From: a virus
Length of the DNA stretch: 64,000 nucleotides
Reading direction: 5' to 3' (one strand)
Virus record (IMG/VR): IMGVR_UViG_3300025896_001356
Location: 13,161-77,160 of that record
Under the pieces are notes generated by a model, which was given only the letters and a program-made list of their open reading frames with translations, was not told the DNA's origin and searched no databases. Positions 58,339-64,000 of this stretch are shown one piece after another; position 1 is the stretch's first letter; each line of letters begins with the position of its first letter. A program made the translations under genes and the position numbers.

Positions 58339-58355
58339 ATGTTGCACCGCAGCAT
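58339..58355. promoter_or_regulatory. PhaR-box-like palindrome
   Basis: ATGTTGC-ACC-GCAGCAT upstream of the phasin-like gene. Confidence 0.5.
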
Positions 58356-58443
58356 ATATATGTTAGTACAAACCACTAATGGTTTATACTGAGATGGTGC
58401 TCATTAGAGGCCTCTTACAATTCGCTTTATTAAGGAAAACATC

Positions 58444-58668
58444 ATGTTCGCAGAAATCACAAAAACTTTCGAATCAAATCAACAATTAGCCAAAGACTTG
58501 GCCACTAAGCTAACAGCAGCTTCAATTGAATTTACAAAAACACTAACAGACGTTAATACACGTTTCGCTGACACATTCAAAGCACAAGCCACAGAAGCTT
58601 ACAAAAACTTAGAGTCATTTAAGTTTCCAGGCTTTGACGCTTACTCTGCAAAGACAAGTAAGAAGTAA
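58444..58668 (+). CDS. Phasin-like amphipathic helical protein
   Basis: Ala/Thr/Lys/Phe-rich helix; PhaR-like box and ROSE-like UUCGCU..AAGGA leader upstream. Confidence 0.5.
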   Translation: MFAEITKTFESNQQLAKDLATKLTAASIEFTKTLTDVNTRFADTFKAQATEAYKNLESFKFPGFDAYSAKTSKK

Positions 58669-58672
58669 TATC

Positions 58673-58834
58673 ATGTGGGTCAGAATTAAAAAATTCTTTG
58701 CCCGTATGTCTAACCAGTCTTCAATGGACTGGTGGGATGAACAATATCTAAACGCATCACAAAATGTTGCAGATTTAGAATATCGTCAAAGACAGCTCCT
58801 ACAAGGTTTTGCAAGAACAAGGGGATATAAATGA
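58673..58834 (+). CDS. DUF3563-like small protein
   Basis: EQYLNASQNVADLEYRQRQL. Confidence 0.6.
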   Translation: MWVRIKKFFARMSNQSSMDWWDEQYLNASQNVADLEYRQRQLLQGFARTRGYK

Positions 58835-58967
58835 GACTACTTTTATCTAAATTGTCTAAGTTTTTAACTGGCCTGCATCAAATACGTACAGCAACAAGCC
58901 TGGCAAGAATGGGCAAATATACTCAGTCCAAGGAAGTAATCTTAGCCAAGTAATTTGCTAATAAAGT

Positions 58968-58990
58968 AAAGCCCCGCAAGGGGCTTTCTT
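58968..58990 (+). terminator. Rho-independent terminator
   Basis: AAAGCCCC-GCAA-GGGGCTTT-CTT. Confidence 0.9.
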
Positions 58991-59012
58991 ATGACTGCAC
59001 TAAATAACATTG

Positions 59013-59609
59013 ATGAAAATAAAAGATATACTCGAAGCAAGTGGATACATTCCTCGTAATGCCAAAGAAGCAAAGGATCCGCGCTGGAGTAGTAGCTTGA
59101 CAGTTGACGTACACACAGATACAATGCGTAAGCAACTTGCTGCATTTTTTCCTACAACTGCACCCATTGATGGGCAAGTACAAATAGAAGAAACAAATAC
59201 AATCATGACAGATAAGCAATTAAACGAAGGCCAAGGCAGCATAAATGTTGAAACACAATATGATATCAGCCGTATTCAAAAGTTGGCCGGATTGGCCAAT
59301 AGCTCTACTGTTGCTGGTACACCAGTAGCAGAAGCAATTAACGACGATATTGACGGTGATAAAGCACGTGAAGTAGCAGCTGAACTAGAACAACAAGTTG
59401 AGCAGTTGACTCGAGTACTTGATGAAATTGAACAAACTATCAAATTTAACTTGCCAAGAGAATATGCAGGCATGAAGGATTACACAATTGCACATATCAA
59501 AGCTGCAATTGGTGGATATGGTTATGCAGAAAATCGCATGTCAAAGTCTTTTGCCAGCTTGATTGAATACTTGAATGAGTACGGCGACGAGGGTGAAGAC
59601 ACATTGTGA
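59013..59609 (+). CDS. Putative late/head-associated protein
   Basis: TAAATA 6 nt upstream; KDILE, DPRW, RIQKLAGL. Confidence 0.55.
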   Translation: MKIKDILEASGYIPRNAKEAKDPRWSSSLTVDVHTDTMRKQLAAFFPTTAPIDGQVQIEETNTIMTDKQLNEGQGSINVETQYDISRIQKLAGLANSSTVAGTPVAEAINDDIDGDKAREVAAELEQQVEQLTRVLDEIEQTIKFNLPREYAGMKDYTIAHIKAAIGGYGYAENRMSKSFASLIEYLNEYGDEGEDTL

Positions 59610-59848
59610 ACAACTATCGCATAACTGCCGCATCATTTAATCCACCGGGTAATAATCCCGGCGTACCTGATGCGTATGTTGATCCAGCAACACTAAAACA
59701 GCACGGTGTGTTTACTACTGCTGAGCCAGCATGTACCGTTGCAGTACTCCCAGCATTGCCTAATTTGGGCAAGTATCAAAAAGATAACAACATTAAACCT
59801 GGCACAGAAGCGTGGTTCAAATTATGGGGACAAGGGATTGCAAGATGA
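59606..59848 (+). CDS. Hypothetical phage protein
   Basis: NIKPGTEAWFKLW. Confidence 0.65.
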   Translation: MNNYRITAASFNPPGNNPGVPDAYVDPATLKQHGVFTTAEPACTVAVLPALPNLGKYQKDNNIKPGTEAWFKLWGQGIAR

Positions 59849-59973
59849 GCGATACTACAGAAACAATCAAAGAAGAACCGTTACAAGAGCCAATTCCAAA
59901 TCCAAATGTATATTTGGTGTATCCCGAAGATGATGGCTCAGATCGTCCTTGCAACCCATATAGCCAAGTTTAA

Positions 59974-60702
59974 TTATAGCTTGGTATAAACAAAGTACAA
60001 TCTATCATTGGCATCTTTCTTAAAGGTATCTAACGAGAGATTGTACTTTTCAGCAAACTCATTTACAACTTCAAAACTCCACGGGAATATATCTACATAA
60101 GGACCAGTCTTATGTGGGATTCCTGGATTAGCACGTAGATAAAACTTACCGCCTGGCTTCAATAAATCAACACAGTGACTAAAACGTGCTTCAATTTCGT
60201 CTTTGCTATTAAAGTTAATTGATCCCAGAGCCATAACTACATCGTGGCTAGCAAACTTAACTTTATACTCTAAAATATCAACTTCGTAGTCAGCACAATT
60301 GTTATATGGATCAATGCCAATGATGTTTTGTATACGTCCTTTGAATGGGTGGTATCCGCATCCAACGTCTAGAACTTTTTCCGGATTAAGTTTATTAACT
60401 TCATCAGCTAATTCCCAACCTGTGTGTTCATAATCGCCAGTGCGTGGTTTCCAAATTTCTCCAAAGAAACGATTGATATAACGTTCGCTTAGATCTGCTG
60501 TAATTTCTTTAAGAGTACCAATGTAATCACAAGGTAAACTCAACTCTGCATCTACTGCATCTTTAAATTTACGATACTGGGCAGGAGTCCAAGGTAGATC
60601 TTGTACAATAGTGTTTTCGTCCAAAGAAATTTTTGTGTACTTGGGTAAATTAAACGCAAGTTGTAAATTTTTCTGAAGAAGGTTAAAAATTTTGGTGTTC
60701 AT
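59974..60702 (-). CDS. Class I SAM-dependent methyltransferase with helical N-terminal extension
   Basis: VLDVGCG, GIDP, LKPGG. Start probably 60702. Confidence 0.85.
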   Translation of the reverse strand: MNTKIFNLLQKNLQLAFNLPKYTKISLDENTIVQDLPWTPAQYRKFKDAVDAELSLPCDYIGTLKEITADLSERYINRFFGEIWKPRTGDYEHTGWELADEVNKLNPEKVLDVGCGYHPFKGRIQNIIGIDPYNNCADYEVDILEYKVKFASHDVVMALGSINFNSKDEIEARFSHCVDLLKPGGKFYLRANPGIPHKTGPYVDIFPWSFEVVNEFAEKYNLSLDTFKKDANDRLYFVYTKL

Positions 60703-60796
60703 AGCAATTTTTTGTCTGATTAGGTAAATAATATTTGAAACGTACAAATATATACTAATATATATCGTTTTATATTACCCCAAGGATATCCATATT

Positions 60797-61756
60797 ATGA
60801 AAAAATTATTTGCCATACTAGTGGCATTATTTACAGTGTCAGCTTATGCATGGGAGCCAACTAAACCAATTACAGTTATATTTCCAAATGGTCCTGGCGC
60901 TGGCAATGAGATATCATTCTTCTTTGCTGCAGACATTGTGGAAAAGAAAACAGGTGTTAAATTTGTAAGAGAGCATCGGGCCGGAGCAGACGGCAACATA
61001 GCGATGAATCACTTCAACACAGTACCTGCAGATGGTCATACTGTAGCAGTTCCTGCATGTAACAGTCAATGGATTACTGCTGAAGTTTGGTATCCACAAA
61101 TGTTAAAATACAACATATATGACTTTGAGCCAGTTGCTAATATTGCACGTAGTCCTTTAGCATTCTGGGCTAATCCTAATAGTAAAGTCAATACGCCAGA
61201 AGACTTGATTAGAGAGATACGTGAAAAGAAACGTCCTATTAACTTTGCTATCGGTGGCGGCGGCCACAAATTAGCAGTTGAATATCTGACTACAAAGTTA
61301 AATGTACCCGGTGGAGATAAGGTAGAAACAGTTATGTATAAAGGGCCAGCGCAAGCACTATTAGACGTAATGGGTGGTCATGCTGAGTTTGCAGTGACTC
61401 CAGTTGGTGTAGGGTATCCATATGTTAAATCAGGTAAACTTAAACTTATTGGTTTAGCAAGTGAAGTACCAATCAAAGGATTAGAATCTGCACCACTAAT
61501 GAACAAATATGCACCTGGCCTAAACTTATACGGTTGCTGGAACTTGGTATTGCCCAAGAACACTCCGCAAGATATTCAAGATTGGTATCATAAAAACTTT
61601 ATTCCTGCTATTCGTAGTAAAGAAGCAAAAGAAAAATTTGACGAGAACTTGATGTTTATAACTACCAATGAACATTCGCCGCAGGGCGTACATGCAAGCA
61701 TGGCGCAACTACGTAGAGAATGGATTTATATTGCAAAGAAGATTAAACCAGAATGA
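60797..61756 (+). CDS. Bug/TctC tripartite tricarboxylate transporter receptor
   Basis: Signal peptide, P.KPITVI.P..PG, GADG.IA, PADGHT, YKG....DVMGGH, P.TP. Confidence 0.88.
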   Translation: MKKLFAILVALFTVSAYAWEPTKPITVIFPNGPGAGNEISFFFAADIVEKKTGVKFVREHRAGADGNIAMNHFNTVPADGHTVAVPACNSQWITAEVWYPQMLKYNIYDFEPVANIARSPLAFWANPNSKVNTPEDLIREIREKKRPINFAIGGGGHKLAVEYLTTKLNVPGGDKVETVMYKGPAQALLDVMGGHAEFAVTPVGVGYPYVKSGKLKLIGLASEVPIKGLESAPLMNKYAPGLNLYGCWNLVLPKNTPQDIQDWYHKNFIPAIRSKEAKEKFDENLMFITTNEHSPQGVHASMAQLRREWIYIAKKIKPE

Positions 61757-62370
61757 AGTATATATTTGTAGCAGGTGCGCCTGGAAGTAAATGGAGCAGT
61801 GTTGTAAAAAACATTTACTACAGCAATAATATTGATCGTACAGACTATTCAGATGAACGTACATATTATCATGACGCTTCTGGAGAACGTCAACTTATGC
61901 ACTTAGGTGCATATTTTGATCCAGGTATGGAGTTTGGCAAGCATTTACATAGAATGCCTATGTATACCAAAGAGCAATTAGAAAAGGACTTTGATGAAGC
62001 ATTTACAGGTGAAGGTATTCGCATTATTAAATCACATGTGTTTGCCAATCATATTGATTTTATCAAAGAAACATGGCCTGATTGCCCTATTGTGTTAGTA
62101 CATCGTCCAGATGATGCGTGTTTAGGATGGTGGGTAAAATGCGGACATTTTAATATTACATATCCGTTATACCACGATTATTATCAAAATTTAGAAACTA
62201 TGGCTGTTCAAATTAAGAAGCAAAATGCAGGTATTTTAGATGCCTGGTGGAAATATGACGGTAAGTATGTTATAGATAACAAACAATTAGCCGACGCATT
62301 AAAGATTGAAGTTCCTGAAAAAGACTATCAAGATTATGTTAAATCTGACGTAAGGATAAAAGTAATATGA
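61753..62370 (+). CDS. P-loop/sulfotransferase-like protein
   Basis: FVAGAPGSKWS, IIKSH, LVHR. Confidence 0.55.
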   Translation: MKYIFVAGAPGSKWSSVVKNIYYSNNIDRTDYSDERTYYHDASGERQLMHLGAYFDPGMEFGKHLHRMPMYTKEQLEKDFDEAFTGEGIRIIKSHVFANHIDFIKETWPDCPIVLVHRPDDACLGWWVKCGHFNITYPLYHDYYQNLETMAVQIKKQNAGILDAWWKYDGKYVIDNKQLADALKIEVPEKDYQDYVKSDVRIKVI

Positions 62371-63020
62371 AAAGCAGTTGGGACTCGACTGTAGGTCGAA
62401 CACAGTATCACTTTGATACAAAAATAAATGATCCACGGTTTGATACTGTTATTAAATTAGGCCATATTGTACCAAATTGGCAACATCAACTTGAAAAAAT
62501 TATCAATGATTCTAATCCAGCAAGTTGGCGCACACGCGGAGATCCAACAAAGCCAAGTCGTCCAGAAGAAGAATTATCATCTGAAGAATACGATTTAGAA
62601 CGTGCTGGCTACGATAAGGATGCCAAGGTAACCAACTTAAACTGGGCTATTCCTGATAATTTACAAGCCATTGCTGATGCATTTGGGTTGGATGACAGTA
62701 TGACTCGTATCCACGTGCAACACCCGGGACAAGTGTGGAACTTACACTTAGACAAATTAGAAAAGTGGAATAGAGAAGATCCGACTACTGTGGCTAGATT
62801 CATGATCCAATTGACAGACTGGCAACCAGGACACTTTTGGAGTTATGGTAATTACTTGTTTACTGGATGGAGTGCTGGTGATGTAACTACATTTGATTGG
62901 CAAAATGTTCCGCATAGTACTGCCAATGCCGGGCATACTCCCAGAGTAACGTTACAAGTAACCGGAATACTTACCAAGAATACCCAAGCATACTTAGACA
63001 AGCTAAATAAACTTATATAA
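62367..63020 (+). CDS. 2OG-Fe(II) oxygenase-fold protein
   Basis: PGQVWNLHLD...PHSTANAG..PRVTLQVTG. Confidence 0.75.
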   Translation: MKSSWDSTVGRTQYHFDTKINDPRFDTVIKLGHIVPNWQHQLEKIINDSNPASWRTRGDPTKPSRPEEELSSEEYDLERAGYDKDAKVTNLNWAIPDNLQAIADAFGLDDSMTRIHVQHPGQVWNLHLDKLEKWNREDPTTVARFMIQLTDWQPGHFWSYGNYLFTGWSAGDVTTFDWQNVPHSTANAGHTPRVTLQVTGILTKNTQAYLDKLNKLI

Positions 63021-63155
63021 AGAACACCTACCTTAGGTTCCGTTGTCGTTAACGGTCAGCCCCCGGGCAAGCGTCCGATTAGTCACCGTAAGTGACCGGC
63101 GTAATTACACTGCTGGGCCATAATAAACTCAGCGCCGGATTAAGTAACCGGCAAC
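63015..63155 (+). ncRNA. Stand-alone GC-rich structured RNA after a late promoter
   Basis: TAAATA 63004-63009, at least five hairpins, no ORF. Confidence 0.6.
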
Positions 63156-63168
63156 CTCACTCTTCTGG

Positions 63169-63197
63169 TTGACAACTTGCCTGTAATGCAGTATAAT
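63169..63197 (+). promoter_or_regulatory. sigma70 consensus promoter
   Basis: TTGACA-17-TATAAT. Confidence 0.85.
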
Positions 63198-63222
63198 AAG
63201 CGTATCAACAGAAGGATCAATC

Positions 63223-63612
63223 TTGTCAATGCACCTCCATCACCCCGGCCTTAGTACCACTGGCAAACGTAAGGGTAAACAAAAGTTTGCAAGCGCGGCC
63301 CATGCACAAGCGGCTCGCGATTTAGATGCGTCATGGAAAGAATTATGCAAGCGACAGGGCGTCGAAGAAGAAGAGCGCAAACGTAAACGAGCAATGAAAG
63401 CTGAACCACTTGTTTACTCGCTAGCGGTCCCTGCAGATCGCAGTAACTCTCACATTAAAAGTTTGAATAGTGGTGCTGGAGTTGCAGTACTCAAACCGGT
63501 GCAGGTCTACACTGGCGACAAAATGATTGGTATTGGCCAGCTTCATAAATCTAATGCTGTACCAGTATTCAGAGATGAGGATATTAAAGATATTGCAAGG
63601 ATGCGAAGATGA
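63223..63612 (+). CDS. Basic hypothetical phage protein
   Basis: YTGDKMIGIGQLHKSNAVPVF...IARMRR. Confidence 0.75.
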   Translation: MSMHLHHPGLSTTGKRKGKQKFASAAHAQAARDLDASWKELCKRQGVEEEERKRKRAMKAEPLVYSLAVPADRSNSHIKSLNSGAGVAVLKPVQVYTGDKMIGIGQLHKSNAVPVFRDEDIKDIARMRR

Positions 63613-64000
63613 GCTTAGAATCCAAAGAACTCTCAGATAAGATTACAGAGTACCTATTCGTTGGCGGCTTGTTCAATCCAGAACTTATGGATCATGCGGC
63701 TGTAAGAGATTTATTAATTGAGATTCGAGACTACCTAAGAGTGATAACATGAAAACAATGCTTGCAATATTCGGGGGTTTTGTAATTGTGCTGAGTATAT
63801 TGGGTACCGTTGGCATTGGCAACTTTGTTCTAATCTATGGTCCAGACAAAATTACCTGTACCAAGGATGCAACATGAACGAACGAATTAAAGAACTAATT
63901 AATCTAAGCGGTATTGAAATTCGAGAATACTATGATGAAAATGGGTCTACCACTGCTGAATTGCAGAAGTTCGCTGAGTTGATTGTATTTGAATGCGTTA

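Noticed and set aside
63021-63155. tRNA or tmRNA
   Set aside because: No T-loop (TTCRA), no acceptor stem with CCA, and no tag reading frame.
1-64000. Alternative genetic code (stop-codon recoding), as in some large phages
   Set aside because: Conserved genes are full length under code 11, and TAA, TGA and TAG all end genes at sensible positions.

Overview
This 64-kb window looks like part of a large (jumbo-type) lytic dsDNA tailed-phage genome. Genes are dense and mostly on the + strand, read in the standard genetic code, and I found no tRNA, rRNA or CRISPR array. Two promoter classes recur: near-perfect sigma70 promoters (TTGACA-N17-TATAAT) and a short late-type TAA(A/G/C)TA motif. Bug/TctC, phasin-like and DUF3563-like genes suggest a betaproteobacterial host (inference). 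Content falls into six groups. (1) Modification enzymes: radical SAM, three SGNH-like proteins, a carbamoyltransferase, eight 2OG-Fe(II)-type oxygenases, a QueC-like protein, QueD, a methyltransferase, APRT and a nucleosidase. (2) Translation and proteostasis: bS21, IF-1, peptide deformylase, ClpX, ClpA, ClpS, Hsp20, DnaJ, GroES and ErpA. (3) Replication and repair: clamp loader, a DnaE fragment, dCMP deaminase, UvsE and nucleases. (4) Lysis: a SleB-like hydrolase and spanins. (5) A tail-fibre/collagen/subtilase structural block. (6) Small early genes behind repeated promoter cassettes. The most unusual signals are non-coding. A ~225-nt multi-stem RNA with five 7-nt tandem repeats follows a DIP1984-like coiled-coil gene. 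A preQ1-I-like pseudoknot leader precedes queD. A stand-alone ~140-nt late structured RNA sits near 63 kb, ROSE-like thermometers precede two genes, and many genes have a leaderless layout. All family names come from motif recognition by eye, not from database searches.
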